Positions 1 through 10,703 of a stretch of 21,383 nucleotides of DNA are shown here, piece by piece. The first letter of the stretch is position 1; every line of letters starts with the position of its first letter. The stretch comes from Chiloscyllium plagiosum (taxonomy: Eukaryota), in NCBI RefSeq assembly GCF_004010195.1, contig NC_057719.1:63084747-63106129 (forward strand), given 5' to 3'. The notes beneath the pieces are model-generated. The model ran no database searches and was not told the origin of the DNA. It worked only from the letters and a program-made list of their open reading frames with translations. The position numbers were made by a program, and so were the translations under genes.

Positions 1-910
1 TAAGGTCAACTAAATCTTGCTTTAAAACGTTCGCCTATCACTGGATATAAGACTAACACCTTGTCTTTGATTGCAAAACTGCAATTGTTTGATTTCTTGT
101 CTGTTTCCTGTTTCATTGTGTGCTGTGATACTTTTAAATTCTGTCTAGCCAACTGCCCTGCTCTATTTAATCATTTCCTAAAATTTAATCCATAGTCCAA
201 ATATGTGGTATCTGAATTATGATTTGCTAATTTTTCTCCTTAATAATTTTTAGCAGTCCTCCCACTTAATGCCCAAAAACTAATTCAAATGGACTGAATT
301 TGGTCGATTAATTTGATGCATCTCTGATCGCAAAAAGTACAAACGGAATTCCCTTATCCCAATCATCTGGATAGTCTTGACTATAAGCCCTCAACATAGT
401 CTTTCACGTCTGATGCCACATTTTTAGCGCTCCCTGTGACTCTAGATTTGAATTGTTTTATTCCTAAATTGTCCATAACTTCCTTGCATAATTTCCATGT
501 GCAGTTTGACCCTTGATCTGATTGTATCTCTGTGGGTAGTGCATATCTAGTGAAAAATTGGGTAACTCCACTGGAATCCTTTTAGCTGTGATATTGCATA
601 GTGGAATGGCCTCTGAAAATCTAGTAGACATATCCATTATTGTTAACAAATACTCATTCCCACTTTTTGTTTTAGTTAGGGGTCCAACGCAATTAATTAA
701 GACTCTTGTAAAAGGTTCCTCATCTGCAGGAATAGGTATTAACAGTACGAGTTTTATTACTGCCTATGGTTTTCCAATTACCTGACATGTATGACATGTC
801 TGGCAAAATTAATCTACATCCTTGTGCAGTTCAGGCTAGTAAAATACTTTCGTATTTTAGCTTGAGTATTTCTCACCCCTAAATGACCCCCTACTGGTAG
901 TTCATGCACA
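1..910 (-). pseudogene. Retrotransposon integrase (HHCC zinc finger, rve core, GPY/F region), disrupted
   Basis: Manual translation across frameshifts: HELPVGGHLGVRNTQAKIRKYF..ELHKDVD*FCQTCHTCQV; GPLTKTKSGNEYLLTIMDMSTRFSEAIPL; ESQGALKMWHQT*KTMLRAY..WDKGIPFVLFAIR..FSPFELVFGH; KVLVLYPVIGERFKARFS*P. Confidence 0.92.
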
Positions 911-1339
911 CTTGCAACACCTCTGTTCTATAACCCACTGACAAGATGACTTGATGAACTTCTGCCTATTTCTCATCTGCCTGAATATGTGATAGTCTCC
1001 ATTTCCTCAGCAGAACATCATTTTTAAGATAGCAGCATTCAGGGATACCTTTGGATTCTTTTTCCGTGTGTGCCTTTTAAAACACTTGCTTGAAATGTTC
1101 ATCTTTCTACTGTAACTCAGTTAATTTATCTGAGCTAAAGATGTCTGCTTTATTATCTATCTGCTCCTGGTTTGTGTCAATCATCTGATCAAACAGGGTC
1201 TCTGCTAATTCCACATCAACTTTCTTATCCTGTTTCAACTGGTGACTTTGTGACCTCATTATCACACAGTCGGGAATAATCCCAGGACATGTGTCCTGAG
1301 TTTCAGCTAGCTTTTGAAACACAGTTGGCAGCACTCCTA

Positions 1340-1640
1340 CCTGTGTACCAGCAATATCATATGCAAGGTCAAATTGTATTTCTGGAGCTGAGAGTTTGTC
1401 CAGTACTTCTCCATGACTTGTTCACTCTTCACTGGGCAGTCTAACCTCAGTTTACATAATTGAGTGTTTCTTGTCTCACAGTGAATTCCCATAACTAGCA
1501 CCTTTTCTGGCAATAATCTCCTCATCTTTCAACATCAAAGATTGAGAGGATCCTGTGTCTCTTAATATTGTAACCTTTTTCTCTGCTGCTCCTGGCCAAC
1601 GTGAATAAACTTTATCTTCACATGTATATGGTTTAAGAAG
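1340..1640 (-). pseudogene. Retropepsin-type aspartic protease of the Gmr1-like element, disrupted
   Basis: ORF 1476-1730 contains VTILRDTGSSQSLML (DTG active-site motif); it continues by frameshift into ORF 1337-1525. Confidence 0.85.
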
Positions 1641-1779
1641 ATCTGGCACTTCCTGAACCAACCTCTGACCAGCTTGTACATTCTGGTGTAGCTTTCTAGC
1701 CTTCACTGTGTTTTCTGTTACCTCCAACAAAATTCACTGGCATATCTTATTTTCTTACATCTGACTTCCCAGTGCTTTT

Positions 1780-3056
1780 TCTAACCCACCAACACTAATT
1801 TATTGCAGTGAAAACATGGGAGCTTTTTAACTTCTCTTTCCCCTCCAAGAATTTCCTTTTTACCCTGTGATAAGTTATGTTTATGATCTTTACCGAGTTC
1901 TACCTTTCCCTTTCCACGTGAGGATTTCTCTTTGCCCCAATTTCTATTGCTCAGCGATTGAAATATATTTTGGAAGCCAAACCTTGATTTATGGACTAGT
2001 TCATAATCATCAGCCATTTCAGCTGCTACTCTTGCCTTCTTAATTCCCTGCTCTTCCGCATGAGTTCTCACTACTTCAGGAAGTGAATTTTGAACTCCTC
2101 CAAAATAATTCTCTCTCTAAGAGCATCATAGGTTTGCTCTATTTTTATTGCCCTTATCCACTTATCAAAATTACTTTGCTTGATCCTTTCAAACACAATG
2201 TAGGTTTGAACATGGTGCCTCCTTAGATTCCTGAAACGTTGTCTGTAGACTTCTGCACAAACTCATATGCACTTAAGATGACTTTCGTCACCTCCTCATA
2301 TGCCCCAGATACCTCCTCTGATTGTGATGCGAATACCTCACTAGCTCTACCTACAGACTTTGTTTGGATCAATAAAAAAAACCACATGGCCACTGGCCAC
2401 CGCATTTGTTTGGCCAGTTTTTTCAAACGAGATGAAAAAGGCTTCCACACCTTTCTCATCAAATGTTTGCAATGCTTCAATATATTTTAAACAGATCCTC
2501 ACCAGACCTTTGGTTACCATGAGTTTGCTCATCCTCACTCTCTTCCTCACTAAGCTTACCTTCAGCCTTCATCTCCATCCTTTTTAGCTGAAGTTCCTGT
2601 CTAAGTGCCAATTTCTGAAGTTCAAACTCCCTCTCTTTCTTCCCTTCCTATCTCTCCTTTTCTCTCTTCTCTCCCTCTTTCTCTCTTTTTACTTTTTGTT
2701 CTGTTAAAGCGATTCTGTCCTTTTTGTTCTGCTAGGGCCTTTCATTCTTTTTCTCTTTCTTCTGCTTTTAATTGTAATTCAACAGTTTCATTTCTGTTGC
2801 CCTTTCCTTGCCTTTTGCCTCTAACTCAAGCTGCTTCATTTTCAATTGAATTTTAGCCATCTCTAAAGATTCTGATGGTGTTTCCAGCAAATTCAAAAGC
2901 TGAGATATTGTTGTAATTATCTCTCCTTTCCTTATGGAATGAGCCAGCTCCAACCCCAGCTTGTCTACTAATTCCAGCAGCTTGGCCTTAATCACCTTTT
3001 GCAAAATCCCCAAAACCACTTTTTCCACCCCAGAAAACTTTGACTGAAAGAGCTAT
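1780..3056 (-). pseudogene. gag with coiled-coil, capsid/SCAN-like region and zinc-knuckle remnant, disrupted
   Basis: FDEKGVEAFFISFEK, AEVYRQRFRNLR, IILEEFK..LPEVVRTHAEEQGIKKARVAAEMADDY, CFHCNK. The probable start at 3056-3054 now reads ATA (inference). Confidence 0.85.
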
Positions 3057-3176
3057 TGCTATCCCAAGCACTGTTTAAACCAAGGGAATTCAACACCTGG
3101 AACAAAAGACACCAATACCTACCACTTGCTGCCTTCAAATCCAGCAACCCTCATCCCAAATCAGAATTTAGAACAA

Positions 3177-3195
3177 ATCCCGCAAAGAGCCCCGA
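3177..3195 (-). promoter_or_regulatory. Primer-binding site, tRNA-Pro-like
   Basis: Minus strand TCGGGGCTCTTTGCGGGAT versus canonical tRNA-Pro PBS TGGGGGCTCGTCCGGGAT (15/18 with one gap), 3 nt inside the LTR's terminal CA. Confidence 0.75.
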
Positions 3196-3198
3196 ATC

Positions 3199-3836
3199 TG
3201 TTATAAACCAAGGCAGACCCCCTCAAAACATTTCAAGAAAGTAGCCCACACCCTAACTTTGCGAGTTGTTTTACGCAGGTGTAAAGTGGATATTCCAGGA
3301 ATGATGCAGCTGGTCCAACCACTTTGTTTAAACAAAACGGAATTTATTTGCAGGATTACTGAATGAAACACAAACAAAAGAGAACAGAATGTAGAATAAT
3401 TTAACCTTCTGAAAACCCAAAAGATCATCCCAATTTAATGATGCTGTTCTAAATACTTGCAACAATCCCCACAAACACCCTTTGGCACAAAAGGAAAAAT
3501 CAAGCACAAATCTATGGAAAGATGTCAGATAGAGGGAGGATCAGCATGGACCTGCTTCTTTGGGTCCAGCAGCTTCACAGCTCTGCTTGCTCAAACCAAA
3601 CCAAACCAAACCAATGAAAAACTGAGCTAGGATATCTGGACACTCTCCTTTCATTGTACAAGTGTTTTTCTTTAAACTTGAAAGCCTTTTGCCTGAGGCA
3701 GTATCTGCTAGCTATAATCAAACTGGCCCTAAAACCCTTCAAACCTAAACCTCCTAGATTCTCTGCATTTACGAACCCTCTGAAAAAAAAAGCCAAGGAC
3801 AAATAACCTTGTTAAAGGAGCAGCATCATCACAACA
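3199..3836 (-). repeat. 5' LTR of the Gmr1-like element (about 640 bp)
   Basis: TG...CA ends with imperfect inverted termini (TGTTATAA at 3199; TCACAACA ending 3836), adjacent PBS, minus-strand AATAAA at 3343-3348. The partner LTR is outside the window, so the outer end is inferred. Confidence 0.7.
3593..3613. repeat. (AAACC)n microsatellite inside the LTR
   Basis: Four tandem AAACC units. Confidence 0.85.
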
Positions 3837-4195
3837 TGCAATAACCCTATTGGTCCCTTCAAACTGCAGTCCATACCTGCAAGCCCCTCTCCCTCCTTGT
3901 AATGCAAATCTGTGCAGACTCTTTCTGCCAAAACAGTTGACCAAGACAGAGATTTTCCCAACTCATATTACCCGTCTTACGATGAAAACTGTTCCAAGTT
4001 GAACATGACACTGTCTCAGTAGAGAGTTCTGTATTAGTGTCATGGCAGGCAATGGATGGGTTTTGTTTTTGAAAGTAATGGGGTGCATGGCTGTGGGGCA
4101 AAGGCGCGATTGGCATTTGATAACAGAGCTAGATGAGACAATAGGCCAGCACAGGCTTGATAGGCCTTTGATTCTGTCAAATTTAAATGCTAGTT

Positions 4196-4265
4196 CCTTC
4201 TCTCTCCACTCATGCTGCCAGACTTTGTGCCAGATTTCCAGCACCCTCAGTTTTTGGTTCTGAAG
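4196..4265 (+). mobile_element. Old Penelope-type 3' terminal fragment
   Basis: ctctccactcatgctgccagact...tttccagcac resembles the gatgctgcctgacctgctg..ttttccagcac tail of the younger copy at 12557-12590. Confidence 0.45.
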
Positions 4266-4875
4266 TTTGTGTGGAGTTATGATGCAAAGAGGGAATTAAA
4301 TCATGCATGTAAAATGAAGTTTACAAGGAAAGAATTATGATATATTCTCACTCAACAGCTCCACAAGAATGCATATTGAAAATGGTTTGGATTTCTTTCC
4401 TTGCCTGTTCTAAATTAAGCCGCAGTTGATGCATAACTTTAAATCCTCATCACCTGGCGCTTGGCAACATCCCTCCTGATTAAATGACACACTGCTGTAG
4501 ATTTTATGAACTGCAAAGTCAATTCTCATCTTTGTCTCCATGGAAATAAGGCAAAGTTATTGAAAAAATAAGCTCCAATTTTGTTTTTCATTGGAAACAG
4601 CAGATTGAAAGGCCACCCCAAATCGATCGTATGATCAATAGTATGAGAGGATGTTAACACAAGCAATAGGGATAAGATTCAGAAATACTAAATTACACTG
4701 ACAGTGAAACCCTGTTTTCACACTGAGGTCAATTGTTCTTCTTCAAAATACCTGAAAAAGCAGATTAGACAGAAATAAGCATTTTTTTTTAAGTCAGTGT
4801 TACATTTTAAACTCCTACAACTCTAAACCCCTCCACCCAAACATTTGACACATTCAAAAGTGTGAAAGAAATGTG

Positions 4876-5100
4876 TATTATTATTATTTTATTATCACAC
4901 GTTCTGAGATACAATGAAAGTATTGTCTTCCATGCTAGCCATAGAAATAGAATCTTATTTAAGTATATCAGGATAAACGATTAGAATGTAGAATATGGTG
5001 TTACAGCTACAGAGAAGGTGCAGAGAAAGATGAACTCTAATATATGAGAGGTCCATTCATAAGCCTGATGACAGTAGGGAAGAAGCTGTTCTTGAATCTG
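4876..5100 (-). mobile_element. Rex1/Babar LINE 3' end
   Basis: Minus translation of 5052-5099 gives RFKNSFFPTVIRLMNG, a typical Rex-Babar C-terminus, followed by a 3' UTR and an (AAT)n tail at 4876-4895. Confidence 0.7.
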
Positions 5101-5138
5101 TTACTCAATCCATGTGTGATGAATATGTCCACTGAAGG

Positions 5139-5511
5139 CCCACTCCAGAACTTCAGCATAAAAAGCAAGGATGGCATTCCAGCACAGTACTAGACTGAGA
5201 GAGTGCTGCACTGATGGAGGTGATGTTTTCAGACTCCTCTGCTCAAGAGGACCTGTGAGTCTTTTGAAAAAGAGCAGGGCAATTACAAAAAAAAGCTATC
5301 TAAGTCAATACCTATCCCTGAATCAACATCAAAAGGATCTTTATGACTCTAATAAATTAACATGTCATTAACACATGGAGGTTTGCTATGCTGAAGACTG
5401 GCTGTCTGTTTCCTGCATTACAACTCTGACTACACTTCTCACTGGCTGCAGAACACTTTGAGTCATGGAGTGGTCATGAAAGATACTGTATAAATCATTC
5501 TTTTTCCTTTT
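5139..5511 (+). mobile_element. DeuSINE-superfamily SINE (SacSINE1-like), diverged and 5' truncated
   Basis: Motifs recalled from the consensus: cccactccaga, cagtact..gagagtgctgcactgatggaggtg, tatccctgaatcaacatc, gtttcctgcattacaactctgactacacttc, and an L2-like tail gtcatgaaagatactgtataaatc..ctttt. Confidence 0.75.
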
Positions 5512-6132
5512 AGCACTCTTTGAGCCTTCGGGAATTCTGTTCACAAGTTAACATGAGAAAAGACTTAGTTCAATACCTATCACTGACAGCAGATGTCAGC
5601 ATATACACTTATTTGAAAAACATGTTACTTTCAAAGCAAGCTAAAAACATGTAATGGCAAGAAGTGAGTATTCAAAACTGCTTCTGAATATTAAATTAGT
5701 AAGTATTTATTTCTAGAAATAATAATCAAGTCAGTTAATATTTATCCAGCTGAATGATTATGAATTAAGTTTTCTCTGATCCACATATTTATCTATCAAA
5801 TACTGAACTGAAAGTTTGGTCATTCCATGCAGATGTGTGTATGCAGCTGAAATTTAGTCAATATTTTAGCAGGTTGCCCTGAAAGATGAAGTAAGGAACT
5901 AAGGTCTGAATCTTAGTTTCATTGTCATTGAGTTCAATGGAGGGGTTCCCTCTGATACTAATGGATTTTCTCACACTATTATCCAAAATCACCTCACTAA
6001 CGACCGAGCATGTCTCTAAACTACCCCTCTTGTCTGATGCTAACTCTCTATAGCCAGGAGAGCTCACTAATGCAGAGAATAAAGTGGAATCCATGACATT
6101 GATGCCATCTTGTGGACCTGGAGAAGCACCGT

Positions 6133-6277
6133 GGGCGGCACGGTGGCACAGTGGTTAGCACTGCTGCCTCACAGCGCCTGAGACCCGGGTTCAATTCCCG
6201 CCTCAGGCGACTGACTGTGTGGAGTTTGCACGTTCTCCCCGTGTCTGCGTGAATCTAATCTGTAATCTAATCTAATC
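6133..6277 (+). mobile_element. HE1-type tRNA-derived V-SINE, internally deleted, young
   Basis: A box TGGCACAGTGG (6144-6154), B box GGTTCAATTCC (6188-6198), V-domain start tgtgtggagtttgcacgttctccccgtgtctgcgtg, (TAATC)n tail; CpGs retained. Confidence 0.9.
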
Positions 6278-6339
6278 ACTGATTGGCTAGAGCTGCCCTG
6301 CGTGGTTCCTGATGTTTGCCCTGAATATAGAAGATCAGG

Positions 6340-6853
6340 GGAATTTGTCCCTCCTCTTTATGAGGATGTACTCATGAGGATGTACGCAAAGGAGTCCTGG
6401 AGGATGTACTCTTCCCCTGGGAACAGCAGAAGAGATCACACCACCAGGCCAAGGTAGCTTGGTCAAAATTTGCCGCCCACGTCTGTACCAGCTGGAGGAA
6501 TATCCAGCTCTATAGGAAAACGGTCAAAGGCCTTCATTGCCAGTGTAAGTGTGACCATCTTGTCTCTGCTACCTCTTATCCTATTACTGCCACTGTACCT
6601 ACCTCCCACGGAACTTCACGTTCTACCATTTGCATTGTTGCCTGTAATGTCTTCCCTCACTTGCTATCACACCTCCACTTGCCCCCTCCATTGTTTCTGC
6701 TGTGTTCACTAATGCCCCTGGAACACCTCCTCCACCTTTCCCCAATTGTAGCAGCACTACCAGTTGTGCCTCACACTTGCATCTCCCTTAATGCCTCCCT
6801 TTCTCTTATTCCAGTAGAAAAGAGCCAACAATAGGACAGAAAGGGTCAGGACA
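6340..6853 (+). pseudogene. Myb/SANT-like DNA-binding gene remnant, probably from a PIF/Harbinger transposon
   Basis: DVLFPWEQQKRSHHQAKVAWSKFAAHVCTSWRNIQLYRKTVKGL, then GTAAGT donor (6545), pyrimidine-rich intron, TTCCAG acceptor (6814), then *KRANNRTERVRT. Confidence 0.5.
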
Positions 6854-6971
6854 GCAGGTCAGGCAGCATCCGAGGAGCAGGAAAATCGACGTTTCAGACA
6901 TAAGCGCTTCACTGACCTGCTGTGCTTTTCCAGTGCCACCCTTTCCGACTCTGATTCTCCCCACTTTCTCC
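6851..6971. mobile_element. Penelope-type terminal fragment, partial fold-back
   Basis: 6851-6911 matches 14214-14273; 6912-6971 is the same family in opposite orientation (ctgacctgctgtgcttttccag...cactttctcc). Confidence 0.75.
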
Positions 6972-8940
6972 TCATTGTATCCAAGGCTGAGGGGTGTCTC
7001 CCTCCACTTGAGGGAGTACTGCTAAAAACCCTGACAAGCTTCCTGGCTTTGTGTCTGTGCTAAACAACACATGATGCGGCAGTACAGTGAGCCTGGACAG
7101 TATTCTAGCTAATCAGGCAGATCACAGAAAGCCTGGACATGGCAAGACAGGCAGAACTGCTGTGGGCAACCAGGTCAGCTCAAAATGAGTAAACACTGAC
7201 GGAGCAAGTGGGCACCCCTGAGCCTGACTCAATTTGTGAGCCAGGTACTTGTCTCCCCTTATAAAGTGCGCTGAAGCCAGCATTACAATGATGAGTGCCA
7301 GTCTGCCCTGACATCCAATCTGGCAGTGAACAATGTTACTGTCAATGGATCAGAGATATACCGTGATGATGCAAGGAGGCTGGCACATGTCAGAAGCCAA
7401 TGTCTATAGATGTGGGGTGCATGTGCCTGCTGCCATTGGAGTAAACCCTGAGATGCTGATGCCAAGGTGGCAGTTGGAGGAACAAGGGATGGAGCTGAAA
7501 TCATCAGATACGTGCTCTGACTTTCGCATTAAGAACTGTTGACATCCAGTTCCTTCGAGGATAAGAAACTGCATGTAAATGAGGCAAGATGTGCAATTAA
7601 TGAGGCCGACAACAAGAAATAATCCCTGCTAATAGGTATCTCACTGCTCCCTAGCAACAATCTCTTTTTGTCACCCAGAATTCTTTGGCAGGAGTAACCT
7701 TGTTGCATTGTCATCGAGAAAGGCCTCCTCTGCCTTCTCATGTGACTCTCCCACACTTCTTGTCATTGCTCACATTGTTCAAGGCCCTATACAATTTCAC
7801 CTTCAGTTGCTAACAATAAATTAAATTTAATTGCAACGTTTGGCCTCATTATAAATAGTAATTAGTTTCCTGAGAACCTCTTGCTTTATTCCATGCTATT
7901 CATGTAGGAGATAAGCAGAGCTTTGCAACATTGCTTTATTTCAAAAACCACATGCAAGATTTCTCTCATTATAAATTTTGAGGATAATGCAAGGTTGAAA
8001 ATTATGACCTCTGGATGTGCAATCTCCAATATTCGGCAATTGATCTCTTGAATTCCTAAATGGACTATCCAGCAGATAGACAGGTTGTTTTGATTTGCTG
8101 TTCTTTTAATTGTGAAATTCCATGATAAAATTAGACCATAAAATTTCATGCGGTAGTCTGAAATGGCTACTTATTAGATCAATGTGAGTTCCAAAGAGCA
8201 TTTTGTTCCATATGTGGGTGTAATGCTGACTTTAATGAGAACTGAGTAATTATACAAATGAATGCCAAACAATTGGAATATTAATCACTACCATTTATTA
8301 CAAATTAAGTCATAAAAGTAGAACTCTGTTTTGACTATTGATTTAGCCAGAAAGCCCTCAACTTCAATAATCTACATGGTTATGCAGAAAAGGGCATATT
8401 TAGCTAAAGGTTTCAGGACATACATGGATATATTATGAGGCTAGACTGATCAGATGAGAAATGCCTTTGCTGTTGAGCATTACAATTGATCTATAAAACC
8501 TCCTGAGCCATTGAACAGAATAGAAAAGAAGGAGCTTCAGTTTGCTTTCGGGTCCACAGACTATCTCAATGTGCTTCTCAGACAGTGAGACACTCATAGT
8601 CACTGCAAAATGAGGAACTGGGGCAGAGAGTTTAAGCACACTTATATTCCATGAACAGCATGAGATTAATGATTAGAAAATGGGAGTAATTTTAACTGCG
8701 GGGGAAGTGTGAAATGGGCAATATTGGATTAACTGCCTCAATAAATGAATAAATAAATTCTCTTTGTTTTCTGTAACATAGTTAAAGCCATGGCCTCTAA
8801 CCCCCTTTTTCCAATGTGTCATTCCTTTGCATTGGGCTGCTAGGCAGTAAGCTATGTATCTAACAATGCTAAACAAAGAACAACCTCAAATGTTAATCCC
8901 TTCAAATGTTGGAATTCTTGCAACACAACAGATGTATATA

Positions 8941-9145
8941 CTGGATGTAGGTTTACTCGCTGAGCTGGAAGGTTTGTTTTCAGACATTTCATCACCATAC
9001 TAGGCAACATCATCAGTGGGCCTTTGGCTTCATCCGGAGGTTCACAGATGATGTAACCTAGTATAGTGATGAAACCTTCTAGTTCAGCGAGCAAACCTAC
9101 ATCCAGAATCTCAACCTGAGCTACAAATCTTCTCGAAACTCACTA
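8941..9145. mobile_element. Penelope-type fold-back element (second family) with hammerhead-like cores
   Basis: Inverted arms 8941-9023 and about 9038-9106 (ctggatgtaggtttactcgctga / tcagcgagcaaacctacatccag); possible TSD AGATGTATAT (8930-8939) / AGACGTACAT (9146-9155). Confidence 0.75.
8983..9016 (-). ncRNA. Hammerhead-ribozyme-like core
   Basis: Minus strand CTGATGA-T-GTTGCC-TAGTAT-GGTGAT-GAAA-TGTC. Confidence 0.5.
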
Positions 9146-10098
9146 AGACGTACATGCATATACTACAAAGAGCAGATGTTGGTGATCCACACACCCCTGT
9201 GCTTGCTCGACCATTCAATATGTTCATGACTGACCTTGATTGTTTTGTCCAATCTGCATTTCTGTGTATTTAATCATGAAGAAAAATAAAGATACTGTTT
9301 TCAGGAAGAGTGTTCCAAAGAGACTCACCCTTGAGGAGAAGAATGTTCTCATCTCTGTGTGAAATTGGTGATACTTGATTTTAAACAGTGACCCAGAGTT
9401 TTTGATTCTCCGGTAAGAAGTAACATGCTCTTCACATCTATCTTATCAAGACTCCCCCAAGATATAATTTCTTTCAATTAAGTTGCCTCTTACCCTTCCA
9501 AACTCAAGTGGGTACAAGCTTAGCTTGTTCAATTTTTCTTCATAATGCAACCCATTCTTTCAGCTATTAGTCTGCTAAACCTTCCCCAAATGGCTTCTAA
9601 CCTGTTTGTATCCTTCCTTAAATAAGGTGAACAGTACTATACACAGTACCCTAGGTACAGTTTTAACAGTGCTCTGTACAACAGTAGTATTTAATTACCC
9701 ACGCAATAAGCGATAATACTCCATTTGCTTTCTTACTTATTTGCTTTGCCTGTGGGCTAATATTTTGTGATACATGTGTCAAGCCACTGACATCCCACAG
9801 CATCTCAGAACTCTGCAATTTCTCGCCTTTTAGATCGATTGCTTCTTTTTATTATTCCTGCCGAAGTTGACAATTTCATATTTTCCCACATTGTACATTA
9901 TTTGCCAGATCTTTGCCCCCTCCCTTAACCTATCTATATCACTTTGTTGCATTGTTATGTCGTCTTTTCAACCAACTTGTTTACTTATTTTTACGTCACA
10001 TCAAATTGATCAATCACATACTCGGTCATGTTATCCAAGTCACTTATCTAAATAGTGGACAGTTGAAGTCCTAGCACCAATCCCTGCGTCACACCATT

Positions 10099-10607
10099 CA
10101 TAGTCTTAGAGATGTTCAGAATGGAAACAGACGCTCCTGTCCAACCCGTCCATACCCACCAGATATCCCAACCCAATCTAGTCCCACCTGCCAGCACCCG
10201 GCCCATATCCCTCCAAACCCTTCCTATTTATATACCTATCCAAATGCCTTTTAAATATTGCAATTGTACCAGCCTCCACCACTTCCTCTGGCAGTTTATT
10301 CCATGCACGTATCACCCTCTGCATGAAAAAGTTGCCCATTAGGTCTCTTTTATATCTTTCCCCCCTCACCCTAAACCTATGCCCTCTAGTTCTGGACTCC
10401 CAGACCCTAGGGAAAAGACTTTGTCTATTTACCCTATCCATGCCCCTCTTAATTTTGTAAACCTCTATAAGGTCGCCCCTCAGCCTCTGACGCTCCAGGG
10501 AAAAGAGCCCCAGCCTGTTCAGCTTCTCACTATAGCTCAAATCTTCCAACCCTGGCAACATCCTTGTAAATCTTTTCTGAACCCTTTCAAGTTTCACAAT
10601 ATCTTTC
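10099..10607 (-). mobile_element. Young 5'-truncated CR1 (HER1-like) 3' end nested in the older CR1
   Basis: KDIVKLERVQKRFTRMLPGL..LGLFSLERQRLRGDLIEVYKI..RTRGH..NFFMQRVIRAWNKLP; TTCAT on both flanks (10097-10101, 10605-10609). Confidence 0.95.
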
Positions 10608-10703
10608 ATGTTACCAACCTGGGAAAGAGCCATTTATTCTAGCTGTATGCTTCCTAGTAGCCAACCAGTCCTCTATCCTGACCCCTACGCTACCCCTTAG
10701 ACT

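Larger units (their letters stand above)
1..3836 (-). mobile_element. Degenerate Gmr1-like Ty3/Gypsy LTR retrotransposon (5' part; continues beyond window start)
   Basis: On the minus strand, in order: LTR, PBS, gag with SCAN-like region and CCHC remnant, aspartic protease (LRDTGSSQSL), integrase HHCC, integrase core and GPY/F-like end. Many stops and frameshifts. Confidence 0.92.

Noticed and set aside
5858..6120. Minus-strand 78-aa ORF preceded by a CTTCTCCAG acceptor-like site
   Set aside because: No recognisable domain or partner exon, and it abuts SINE and Harbinger-like sequence. Cannot be excluded without RNA-seq.
6133..6205. tRNA gene
   Set aside because: A and B boxes belong to a SINE head; no full cloverleaf.
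7529..8876. Several 67-87 aa minus-strand ORFs
   Set aside because: No motifs, unremarkable composition, no consistent splice structure.
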